Shown here: positions 32,334 through 41,235 of the stretch, piece after piece
Position numbering within the stretch: position 1 is the first letter of the stretch
Layout of the letters: each line of letters begins with the position of its first letter
Assembly (NCBI GenBank): GCA_963733035.1
Contig: CAVTBU010000005.1
Span: 1,056,001-1,120,000, forward strand
DNA from: Pirellulales bacterium
GTDB lineage: Bacteria; Planctomycetota; Planctomycetia; Pirellulales; PALSA-1355
Direction of reading: 5' to 3'
Length of the DNA stretch: 64,000 nucleotides
The notes under the pieces: generated by a model
Told to the model about the DNA's origin: nothing
Database searches by the model: none
What the model saw: the letters and a program-made list of their open reading frames with translations, nothing else
Translations under genes and position numbers: made by a program

Positions 32334-34655
32334 TTAGCCGCCACAGCCGCAGCTCGGTTCGGCCGCACAACTGGGCTCGCAAGCCACTGGGCAGCAGACC
32401 GTTACCGGAACTTGCTTGCAGACCACTTTCGGCACGCAGCGAGTGACCGTGTAAGCAACCTTCTTGGGCACACAACGAGTGACGTTGACCGTCTTCGTGT
32501 AGTGCACTGGCTTGCATACCGTGTAGGGCACTTGCTTGCAGCACTTCTCAGCGACCATGTGGCAGACCTTGTAGGTGCAAGTCTTGACCCGCTTCTCGGG
32601 CACCATGTGGCACACCGTGTAGTTGCAGGTCTTGACCCGCTTCTCGGCGACCATGTGGCACACCTTGTACTGGCAGGTCTTGACCCGCTTCTCGGGCACC
32701 ATGTGGCACACCTTGTAGGTGCAAGTCTTGACGCGCTTCTCGGGCACCATGTGGCACACCGTGTAGTTGCAAGTCTTGACTCGCTTCTCGGGCACCATGT
32801 GGCACACCGTGTAGTTGCAGGTCTTGACCCGCTTCTCGGGCACCATGTGGCAGACCTTGTACTGGCAGGTCTTCACGCGTTGCTCGGGAACCATGCGGCA
32901 GACCGTGTACTGGCAAGTCTTGACCCGCTTCTCGGGCACCATGTGGCAGACCGTGTAGTTGCAAGTCTTGACCCGCTTCTCGGGCACCATGTGGCACACC
33001 TTGTACTGGCAGGTCTTGACGCGCTTCTCGGGCACCATGTGGCACACCGTGTAGTTGCAAGTCTTGACTCGCTTCTCGGGCACCATGTGGCACACCGTGT
33101 AGTTGCAGGTCTTGACCCGCTTCTCGGCGACCATGTGGCAGACCGTGTAGTTGCAGGTCTTGACCCGCTTCTCGGCGACCATGTGGCACACCTTATAGCA
33201 GCAGGTCTTGACGCGCTTCTCGGGCACCATGTGGCAGACCGTATAGTTGCAGGTCTTGACGCGCTTCTCGGGCACCATGCGGCACACCGTGTAGGGCACC
33301 TTCTTGACCTGAGTTTCACGAACGTACTTCACGCAGTTGATGGTCTTGGTGCGAGTTTCGGGAACCCAAACCCGCTTGCAAACCTTGACCGGCGGGCACT
33401 GGACGCATTCCGTCTTGCAGCAGCCGGGCTTGTAGACGCAGCAGCAGCGGCAAGGATCATAGCACCAGGTGCCACAGCCTTGCACGACACGCTTGACCAC
33501 GGGACCCGGGCACTCGGTGACCTGGGTTTCCCAGCGACCACAGCACACTTGCACGCACTTCGTATAGTGAACCGGCTTGCAGACCGTGCAGCACACTTCG
33601 CGCTCGCGAGTCTCTTGAACTGGCTTGCAAACGGTGTAGCAGATCTCGCGGGTCTTGGTTTCATAGACCGGCTTGCACACGGTGTAGCAGATCTCGCGGG
33701 TCTTGGTTTCCCAGACCGGCTTGCACACGGTGTAGCAGATCTCACGAGTCTTCGTCTCGTAGACCGGCTTGCAGACCGTGTAGCAAATTTCCCGGGTCTT
33801 CGTCTCGTAGACCGGCTTGCAGACCGTGTAGCAGATCTCACGAGTCTTCGTCTCGTAGACCGGCTTGCAAACGGTGTAGCAGATCTCGCGGGTCTTGGTT
33901 TCCCAGACCGGCTTGCAGACCGTGTAGCAGATCTCGCGAGTCTTCGTCTCGTAGACCGGCTTGCACACGGTGTAGCAGATCTCGCGGGTCTTGGTCTCAT
34001 AGACCGGCTTGCAGACCGTGTAGCAAATGTTGCGGGTCTTGGTTTCCCAGACCGGCTTGCACACGGTGTAGCAGATCTCGCGAGTCTTCGTCTCGTACAC
34101 TGGCTTGCAGACCGTGTAGCAGATCTCGCGGGTCTTGGTTTCATAGACCGGCTTGCAAACCGTGTAGCAGATCTCGCGGGTCTTGGTTTCCCAGACCGGT
34201 TTGCACACGGTGTAGCAGATCTCGCGAGTCTTGGTTTCCCAGACCGGCTTGCACACGGTGTAGCAGGTCTCGCGAGTCTTCGTCTCGTAGACCGGCTTGC
34301 AGACCGTGTAGCAAATTTCCCGGGTCTTGGTTTCCCAAACCGGCTTGCAGACCGTGTACTCGCAATTGCGGTAGGCGGTCTCGTTCACGTATTTGACGCA
34401 ATTGACCGTCTTCTGTTCGCAGACCGGCTCGTAGACCGTCTTGTAGCAGGTGTAATCCTGCTTTTCGTAGACGACCTGTTTGCAGGTCCGCATGACTGTG
34501 TGGCACTGCTGCTTGCATGCGGTATATGCGCATGGCTCGCAGCAGGTGGCACAGCATCGGTACCGGGCCGCGCCGCAGTACCCCGCTTGAGCCGCGTCTG
34601 CAAACGCGACTAGCAGGATGACCGCAACAATCGGCACACCCAACAATGCTCTCAT
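32334..34655 (-). CDS. Secreted Cys-rich YTV-repeat protein (planctomycete envelope protein type)
   Basis: AAGGAGG SD; signal peptide ending AQA; 16 x YTVCKPV(W/Y)ETKTREIC and 16 x Y(T/K)VCHMVPEKRVKTC(N/Q/T). Confidence 0.9.
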   Translation of the reverse strand: MRALLGVPIVAVILLVAFADAAQAGYCGAARYRCCATCCEPCAYTACKQQCHTVMRTCKQVVYEKQDYTCYKTVYEPVCEQKTVNCVKYVNETAYRNCEYTVCKPVWETKTREICYTVCKPVYETKTRETCYTVCKPVWETKTREICYTVCKPVWETKTREICYTVCKPVYETKTREICYTVCKPVYETKTREICYTVCKPVWETKTRNICYTVCKPVYETKTREICYTVCKPVYETKTREICYTVCKPVWETKTREICYTVCKPVYETKTREICYTVCKPVYETKTREICYTVCKPVYETKTREICYTVCKPVWETKTREICYTVCKPVYETKTREICYTVCKPVQETREREVCCTVCKPVHYTKCVQVCCGRWETQVTECPGPVVKRVVQGCGTWCYDPCRCCCVYKPGCCKTECVQCPPVKVCKRVWVPETRTKTINCVKYVRETQVKKVPYTVCRMVPEKRVKTCNYTVCHMVPEKRVKTCCYKVCHMVAEKRVKTCNYTVCHMVAEKRVKTCNYTVCHMVPEKRVKTCNYTVCHMVPEKRVKTCQYKVCHMVPEKRVKTCNYTVCHMVPEKRVKTCQYTVCRMVPEQRVKTCQYKVCHMVPEKRVKTCNYTVCHMVPEKRVKTCNYTVCHMVPEKRVKTCTYKVCHMVPEKRVKTCQYKVCHMVAEKRVKTCNYTVCHMVPEKRVKTCTYKVCHMVAEKCCKQVPYTVCKPVHYTKTVNVTRCVPKKVAYTVTRCVPKVVCKQVPVTVCCPVACEPSCAAEPSCGCGG
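32526..33293 (-). repeat. 48-bp tandem repeat array, C-terminal arm (16 units)
   Basis: First and last Tyr codons at 33293 and 32573 (15 x 48 apart). Confidence 0.95.
33591..34358 (-). repeat. 48-bp tandem repeat array, N-terminal arm (16 units)
   Basis: First and last Tyr codons at 34358 and 33638 (15 x 48 apart). Confidence 0.95.
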
Positions 34656-35087
34656 GGCTTTCGTGCCTCCTTCGTGGGACGACTCAGGATGGGTCTGGTC
34701 AGGCGAGGTTTTCCCGCTATTAGCTCTATTCGGCCAGCGCACTCCATGTGCGTTAGCTGGGTAACCCAAACTTCACCATCTACCGCATTCCACGGGATGA
34801 GTAGAGTTGGCGCATTTGTTTACCCACCTTCCCCGAACGCTTCATTGGCATCGTCAATCTAGGAAGACAGCTTGACCTAGATATGCTGCGAAGCCTTTTC
34901 ATTCCCGGTAGTTGGGTAAGGCTCACCGGATTGTGCGTTCAAAAGGGGTGCTAGCGGACGTGTCGGTTTCGCTAGCGGTGTCCCACCCGCCCGATTGCGC
35001 CGGGAGTCTTGCCCGAGGGGCGGCCGTGACCTAAAGTACAATCCCCCCTTGGCGGCGCAACGGATCGTCCTTTGGCACACGTCTAGC

Positions 35088-35771
35088 ATGAGCGACCGCA
35101 AACCCAGACCACCGGCCGCCCCGGCGGCCGACTCGCCGGTGCCGAAGGCCGTCGTTAGCCGATTGAGTCTGTACCTGCGCGAGCTCCAGCATCTAGTGCG
35201 CGACGGCCACCAGCGGACCAGCAGCAGCCAACTTGGTCGTCTGTTAGGGTTTAGCGACGCCCAGGTACGCAAGGACTTGGCCTATTTTGGGCACTTCGGC
35301 CACCCCGGAATTGGCTACCGTTGTGACGACCTGATCAAAGCCATCCGCAAGATCCTGGGAACCGATCGCGACTGGCCGGTTGCGATGATCGGTACCGGCA
35401 ACCTGGGACGTGCGCTGTTGGGCTACAAGGGCTTTAGCCACCAGGGCTTTCGCATCGCGGCCGCGTTCGACGTCGACCCCCAGCGCGTGGGCGCCACGAT
35501 CGAAGGGGTGCGCGTGTTTCACCTCGACCAGCTCGCCGAAGTCGTCGCGGACCACAAAATCAAGCTCGGCATGATTGCCGTTCCGGCTACCGCGGCCCAG
35601 AACGTGGCCGATCGCCTGGTGGCCGCCGGCATCGAGGGGATCGTGAACTTCGCGCCGGTGACGATCAGCTTGCCGGAAAACGTGCGCCAGGTGGGGGTCG
35701 ACCTGGCCATCGAGCTCGAACAGCTTTCGTTCGCCGTGGTCAGCCGCGGCGCCAGCGACACCGCGGACTAA
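35088..35771 (+). CDS. rex: Redox-sensing transcriptional repressor Rex
   Basis: RLSLYLREL, QVRKDLAYFG.FG..GIGY, IGTGNLGRALL, GIVNFAP. Confidence 0.94.
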   Translation: MSDRKPRPPAAPAADSPVPKAVVSRLSLYLRELQHLVRDGHQRTSSSQLGRLLGFSDAQVRKDLAYFGHFGHPGIGYRCDDLIKAIRKILGTDRDWPVAMIGTGNLGRALLGYKGFSHQGFRIAAAFDVDPQRVGATIEGVRVFHLDQLAEVVADHKIKLGMIAVPATAAQNVADRLVAAGIEGIVNFAPVTISLPENVRQVGVDLAIELEQLSFAVVSRGASDTAD

Positions 35772-35840
35772 CGGCCGCTCGCTCGCGGGCCGCCCAGCGG
35801 AACCTTGCCCTCACCTTTGGGGAAGTACTATAGTTCGAGC

Positions 35841-36077
35841 ATGACGCTGCAAACGTTCCGCGACCTGCTTACCCAAAAGCCGTTCAAGGCATTTCGCCTC
35901 GTCATGTCGAGCGGCGAGACGTACGAAGTGCGTCATCCAGAAATGGCGTGGCTAACCCGTACGAGCATTCTGGTCGGCATCGATGTGCCAGATGATTGCA
36001 TTCCTGCTGAGTTCAAGATCTGCTCGCTATTGCACGTCACCGCGGTCGAGCCGGTGGGTGGCAGCAACCACGGTTAG
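35841..36077 (+). CDS. Small conserved hypothetical protein
   Basis: PFKAFRLVMSSGETYEVRHPE pattern, recalled as a common planctomycete small-protein family. Confidence 0.7.
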   Translation: MTLQTFRDLLTQKPFKAFRLVMSSGETYEVRHPEMAWLTRTSILVGIDVPDDCIPAEFKICSLLHVTAVEPVGGSNHG

Positions 36078-36268
36078 CTCAGCGATTTCATTTCGCCGCC
36101 GTTTCCTTCGGCCGCAAGCCGGTAACACGTCAGCCCGGGGCATCGCGCCGGGAATGCGTTACGCCAAACGCGCCTCCCAGCCCTTAACGGGCGAAACTCA
36201 AACTGCAACATTCACTATTCCGGCAACCAGCCCGCAACATCAAGACTCGCGACCGAATTCTGCCACCC

Positions 36269-37486
36269 TCACGCCAACACCCGCTCCCAGCGAGCCGCGC
36301 TGTCGTCCTCCGGTCGCGTCAGCAGCATCGGCCCCCCGCTGCCGGTCGTCTCATCCACGACCATGATCCCCAATACGTTTCGCTGGCGGCGCAATTTGTC
36401 GCGAATCTTCCGCAGCTTGCGATCCGAGGGCGGTTTCCAATTCTCGTCCAAAGCCAGGAATGATCCCATCGGCGACAACTCCGGCGGCTGCAACTCGTGA
36501 TAGGCTTTAGCCCGCGCCCGCCAGGGGCGCAGTTCCGCCTCGATCTCTTGGCGACTGACCTCATCCTCGATCAACTCGGCGATTTGCCCGGCCGTGATTA
36601 GGCTGACGGCGCGAAGCGTCTCCTCGGCGTCCCACAGATCGGGATGCCCTTCGAACAGGATCGATCGCGCCCGGCGACTAAACTCCTCCCCCCGGGTTAT
36701 TCCCGCAAACGGGTCCTCGGGATCCGGTTCCTGTTCTTTACATTCCGGATAGAACAGTTCGGCCGCCTTCGCCAACACTCCGTCTGCTGGCGTCTCGGCC
36801 AGCGACACGAGCATCGGCCAATTGAATTGCGACAATTCCGACCGCTGCACTTGCGCGGCCAGCTTCGCGTCGATCTCCAGCGCTCGGGCATCGCGCAGGA
36901 TCGCGCAGCTCTGGAGAAACCGGGCCCGACTCAGCCAGCCGCAGCAGTGCATAAAGGCCCGTGCCTTGAATCGCCCGGCCGACAAGAAAAATCACGACCG
37001 ATCCATCGCAATCGGCCAGCATCCGCCCGAATTTCACATTCTTGGCGTACCACGCCGCAGCCCGACAGCGGATCTCCGTCGAGTCGGGCCAGATGTCCCT
37101 CGCAGAGGTTCAGCCGCGCCAGGCAGCGGCATGCCGTCGATACCCAATCCACCTTCGAAGTCCCGCGGAGGATTGAGCCGTAACTGCAAGCGGCCCAGTT
37201 CCAGTCCCCGCTCGAAATGCGGACGAACCACCACGTTCTTTTGAAGCACGTCAAGCAAACGCCGTCGTAATTCGTCGGGCGGCGGCGGCTGACAAGCCAA
37301 GCACGCCGCCTCCCCACAGCCGCAATCCGGATCGAACAGGTAGGACAGGTTTCCCAGTTCATCCGTGTCGGCGATCGCCTCACCGGCAGCTTGCCAACTC
37401 GCGAAGGCGTTTTTTTCCGGCGCTAGCTCGATGCGCTCGTAGCGCACAAGCGGATGCAAGAGATGATCGAACTTCCCTGCCAGCAC
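36269..37486 (-). CDS. Hypothetical protein broken by about three frameshifts (assembly errors or pseudogene)
   Basis: Protein-like segments join across frames: MLAGKFD...IDGM / RCLARLNLCEGHLARLDGD / AAAWYAKNVKFGRML...SPEL / AILRDARALE... Confidence 0.5.
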
Positions 37487-37610
37487 GGCCGTTCTCCCCT
37501 TCTGACAGCGGCACGCGATAGGCGATGCGCGGATAAACTTGCCTGGTTCCCACCCTGATCCTTCCTCGTGCCTGCGCTCAGTCTAGCAGGGGTCGCGTTT
37601 TGATGGTGCA

Positions 37611-37647
37611 AAGAAAAGAGGGCAGCCCCAATTGTTGAGGCTGCCCT
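37611..37647 (-). terminator. Probable Rho-independent terminator
   Basis: AGGGCAGCC / GGCTGCCCT stem with T-rich tail on the minus strand, downstream of the PEP-CTERM gene. Confidence 0.65.
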
Positions 37648-37686
37648 TGCGACTTTCGCGAACACTCAGTGAAGGTTTGACCGCAA

Positions 37687-39114
37687 CTACTTCCGTCGCC
37701 GTCGAATCCCGCAGCCCACCAGGCCGAGGCCGGCGACGGCCATCAGCAGCGCCGAGCCCGGTTCGGGGACGACGTTGATGGCGCTGTTGTCGTAGGCCGT
37801 GGCCAACAGGTCCGCGTTCAACGACAGGTTGGCGCCGATATCGAGCACGAGCTGTCCGCCGAGCGTGGCGGCAAGGTGGTTGATGTTGACGTAGCCGTGC
37901 TGGCCGCTGCCGGCGTCGACATAGGTACTCAAGTTGCTGAGCTCAAAGCTTGTGGCGGGCAGATCGAGTACGACGTCCGGCTGCGTCAGTGAGATGGGCA
38001 GCGTGAACCCGAGCGTTCCCGACTGCAGGGCGGCGAACACGTCGTCAAAATCGACGTTGGTGTTCGCCTCGTGCAACACCTGGAACGAGAAGGGCAGATC
38101 GACGTTCGGCAGCGTGAGCGACTCGTTCAAATCGATCAGCGACACCGTGCCGTCGCTCAACAGACCATCGACCACGTTGTCCTCGTTGACCGTGAAGTTG
38201 ATCAGCCCGATGATCGAAATATCGGCGGCGATGTCGATGCTGCCGGTAATCGTGCCCATGATGTCGGCCACCAGGTTGCCCGAAACGGTCGTGGAGACGA
38301 GATCGATGCCGCCAGCCGACAGGTCGAGCGTTGGGCCCGCGCCCGGCACGGGGTGCGCGCCATCGACAAAGTTGCCCGAAAGCGGGTTCGTCAAGGCAAC
38401 CGGCGTGGTGGCGCCCAACGTCAGGCCTTGCAAGCTGACGTTCTGGGTCGGCGAAAAGTTCACCTGCACGTTGGAGGAGTTTTTCACCCGCAGGTCGGCA
38501 CTGAGGACGCTCGTATTGACCACGTTCGGAATCGTCACGTCATTGGGAATGGCCGCGTTAATCGAGCCCGACACGGTCGCCGTGGCGGTAATGGGGTTGT
38601 TCACCGACACATTGGTATTTTGAGCGGTGGCGCCGTTGAGAATACCGGTGCTGGACGGATCGTCCCACTTGCCGTCGGAACCGGGCACCCCGCCATCGAG
38701 CACGCCCACCACGCCGTTGGCCAGGTTGTCGCCAGCGGTAACATCGAACGAACCACTGACGGGGCTGCTGAAGGGGGTCGAGGGGATGTTGATGCCGATC
38801 GTGGTCGGAGTGATGGCGATCGGAGTCGAGGCGGTGTTGTTGTTCGACGTGCTGTTGGGGAAGAAATTCAGAAAGCCGCCGTCGTTGATTGTTTGGATAT
38901 CGAGATCCGTGACGTTGAGCATTCCCTGCGTTTGAATGGTGCCGGCGGTGTTCTGGCTCTTCACGTCGATGCCGATATCTCCGCCGAGCGTGCCAGAGAA
39001 ACCGGTTCCACCAGTGAGGTTCATGGTGTGCGTAGCGGTTTGCGCGTGCGCCGTGCTCGCTGCCGCCAGCCCCGCGCACAACAGCGCGGGCAGCAGCAAT
39101 CTTTTGCGTTTCAT
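37687..39114 (-). CDS. PEP-CTERM surface protein (beta-rich, unknown function)
   Basis: Signal peptide ending AHA; VPEPGSALL...RRRRK. Confidence 0.88.
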   Translation of the reverse strand: MKRKRLLLPALLCAGLAAASTAHAQTATHTMNLTGGTGFSGTLGGDIGIDVKSQNTAGTIQTQGMLNVTDLDIQTINDGGFLNFFPNSTSNNNTASTPIAITPTTIGINIPSTPFSSPVSGSFDVTAGDNLANGVVGVLDGGVPGSDGKWDDPSSTGILNGATAQNTNVSVNNPITATATVSGSINAAIPNDVTIPNVVNTSVLSADLRVKNSSNVQVNFSPTQNVSLQGLTLGATTPVALTNPLSGNFVDGAHPVPGAGPTLDLSAGGIDLVSTTVSGNLVADIMGTITGSIDIAADISIIGLINFTVNEDNVVDGLLSDGTVSLIDLNESLTLPNVDLPFSFQVLHEANTNVDFDDVFAALQSGTLGFTLPISLTQPDVVLDLPATSFELSNLSTYVDAGSGQHGYVNINHLAATLGGQLVLDIGANLSLNADLLATAYDNSAINVVPEPGSALLMAVAGLGLVGCGIRRRRK

Positions 39115-39493
39115 TAGCGTCTCCTTTTTCGTCTGCCAGCCGAAGAGGTGTTAAAGGACGCGCTGTGTGGAGTGCGCGAATCGAGAAAACGCCCTCGCAA
39201 TCCCCACAAGTTGTTCCGTACTCTAAATACCCGAGCGGGGGTTCGTCAACAAAATTCGACGAGATTTCCGGTATTGACCGCCGGGCCGTCGAGGCGCGAG
39301 ATGACGACGCGCTGGCCGCCGTCAGCCAGGGAACTCAAAATGTCCCAAAGACCCTGGTTTGGCCTCGAGCCGCGGCCTACTGGCGACGTGGGGAACCTGG
39401 TTTGCAAGAACGAACCGTGGGTTGACCTTGAGAGTCAAAGACCCTAAGACTTGTGCTTGGTAAAGCCTTTGGAACAAAGGTCTTTGCCCGCCC

Positions 39494-39564
39494 TACCCGG
39501 TGGTGTAATGGTAACACTGGAGATTTTGGCTCTCCCATTCTAGGTTCGAGTCCTAGCCGGGTAG
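39494..39564 (+). tRNA. tRNA-Gln(UUG)
   Basis: Acceptor stem TACCCGG/CCGGGTA, D arm GTGTAATGGTAACAC, anticodon arm GGAGA-TTTTGGC-TCTCC, T arm CTAGG-TTCGAGT-CCTAG; CCA not encoded. Confidence 0.95.
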
Positions 39565-39876
39565 CTTCTTGGCTCTCGATATGCGCGCGGCGATTGCTGC
39601 GCGGCGCCTTTTCTCACGGGCGCGACGCCGCATCTTTCTTGCCGTCGCCTACGCCGCGAACGCTCGTGAACCGTGCGTGCCAATCCGTCGGAATCACCTA
39701 GTCGGCGTTGGTTTGGCGGCGTTAGCTTCCGGCTCCCCCTCAACGAAATGTTACAAAAATATCCATCGGCGCGATAAAATGCCGTTATGGCAATCTACGT
39801 AATGAGTTACGAACGATCCTAGTGGCCTCAATCCGCGCGAACTGAAAAAAACAGATAATCGGGCCAGCTTTTCTGA

Positions 39877-39904
39877 TTGACAGCGGCATTGCGCAAAATA
39901 GAAT
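39877..39904 (+). promoter_or_regulatory. Sigma70-type promoter candidate
   Basis: TTGACA-N16-TAGAAT about 100 bp upstream of the PEP-CTERM gene. Confidence 0.6.
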
Positions 39905-40007
39905 CGTCGCTTGATGTACGAGACTGTCTTTGTGGGGATCTTCGCACACAAAGTCGGCTTGGTTTTCCCAGAACGCCGGTGAAACTTTCGACCAAGGAGC
40001 GCTGCTA

Positions 40008-41030
40008 ATGAATCGGAAAACAACTTGGAATGCGCTTGTCGCATTCGTCGCAGTCGCTGCACTAGCGCTGCATACGCGCCTCGCCTCGGCGGCGACGGTG
40101 TCAAGCGGAGTCAGTTTGAATACGGGCAACTTTAGTACGACCATTTCAGGCACTGGTTCCGCAACAGTCACCGGCGGCGGTGGAAATTACCGCCAATGGG
40201 CTTCTCTTGGTTTTCTCGGATGGCAGAGCACCAACATTGGTGTTTCGTTATCGAATCAGACCGTTGGCATCCACATGAGCAATGTGAACGTCAACGCGCC
40301 GGCCAGCGGCTCGGCAAACCTCACGTTCGATGACAACACGCCGCCCACGCCTATCTCGTTGGACTCGCTCGACGCGGACCTCAACGGTGCCGGTGGCAGC
40401 AACCAGAACTACAACTTCTCGATCGGCATCGATCCGATCAGCATTTCGGTTGCTGGTATCCTCAGCACCAGCATCGCGCTCACGGTTAATGGCACCATCA
40501 CCGACGCCGTGTTCCACTCGACCGGTGGTTCTGCCCCGGGCGCTGTCTATTCGATTCCTGGCAACCTGGACCTCACTTTGCAGGGCTCGGTTACGGGCGT
40601 CCTCGATCCGGGTGGACTCAACATTAACCTGGGCACGATCTACACGCTGGCCCCGACCACGCTTTCAACGGCCGTGGCGCTTCCTGGCCTGATGGTCTTG
40701 ACGGACCTGTCTGGTGGGGCGGGCCCGTTCCCGGCGGACATGGCGGTCGACCTTGGTGCGGCAATTCCGTTTCCAATCTCGGTACCCTTGTCGCTTCCGG
40801 TTGAAACGCACCAGAATTTCAGCCTCGGCACGCACCAGAGTGGCTTTACGCATCTGGACATCAATGCGGGTTCGGCGATCAATGCCACCTTTTCGTTCGG
40901 TAATCCGAGCTACGATCTGCAGGGCGTGATCCCCAGCGTCGTTGTACCCGAACCGGGCACGCTGGCGATGGGCTCGATGGCCTTGGTGGCCTTGTCGATT
41001 TTTAGTTTTCGCCGTCGCAAGTCGGCCTAA
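40008..41030 (+). CDS. PEP-CTERM surface protein, probable paralog of 37687..39114
   Basis: AAGGAG SD; signal peptide ending ASA; VPEPGTLAM...RRRKSA. Confidence 0.88.
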   Translation: MNRKTTWNALVAFVAVAALALHTRLASAATVSSGVSLNTGNFSTTISGTGSATVTGGGGNYRQWASLGFLGWQSTNIGVSLSNQTVGIHMSNVNVNAPASGSANLTFDDNTPPTPISLDSLDADLNGAGGSNQNYNFSIGIDPISISVAGILSTSIALTVNGTITDAVFHSTGGSAPGAVYSIPGNLDLTLQGSVTGVLDPGGLNINLGTIYTLAPTTLSTAVALPGLMVLTDLSGGAGPFPADMAVDLGAAIPFPISVPLSLPVETHQNFSLGTHQSGFTHLDINAGSAINATFSFGNPSYDLQGVIPSVVVPEPGTLAMGSMALVALSIFSFRRRKSA

Positions 41031-41062
41031 ATAAGTCGTTCGCCTAGAACGATCTGACTAGC

Positions 41063-41103
41063 AACTGACGCCGGTGTCGCCTGACGCCGGCGTCAGTTTT
41101 TTT
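41063..41103 (+). terminator. Rho-independent terminator
   Basis: AACTGACGCCGG / CCGGCGTCAGTT stem followed by a T tract. Confidence 0.8.
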
Positions 41104-41235
41104 AGCGACTGGCCCAGCCGATCACCATTCCGCCGTCGGGTCTCATGCGCAACGGCGGTTATAATTACGACTTTCCGCGCAGGCAGGCTCTCCGCCGCGA
41201 ACACATTGCTTTCGCAGCCACTCACCGAACGTACG

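Noticed and set aside
32526..34358. 48-bp periodic arrays as a CRISPR array
   Set aside because: Contiguous in-frame coding repeats without unique spacers; variation is at codon level; no cas genes in the window.
32412..34613. 733-aa plus-strand ORF
   Set aside because: Antisense shadow of the repeat gene; the minus strand has the SD, signal peptide and terminator.
34656..35087. Rex operator controlling the divergent Cys-rich gene
   Set aside because: No match to the TTGTGAA-N4-TTCACAA consensus; adjacency alone is not evidence.
39494..39564. tRNA-Gln as the integration site of an island
   Set aside because: I found no duplicated tRNA 3' end and no integrase in the window.
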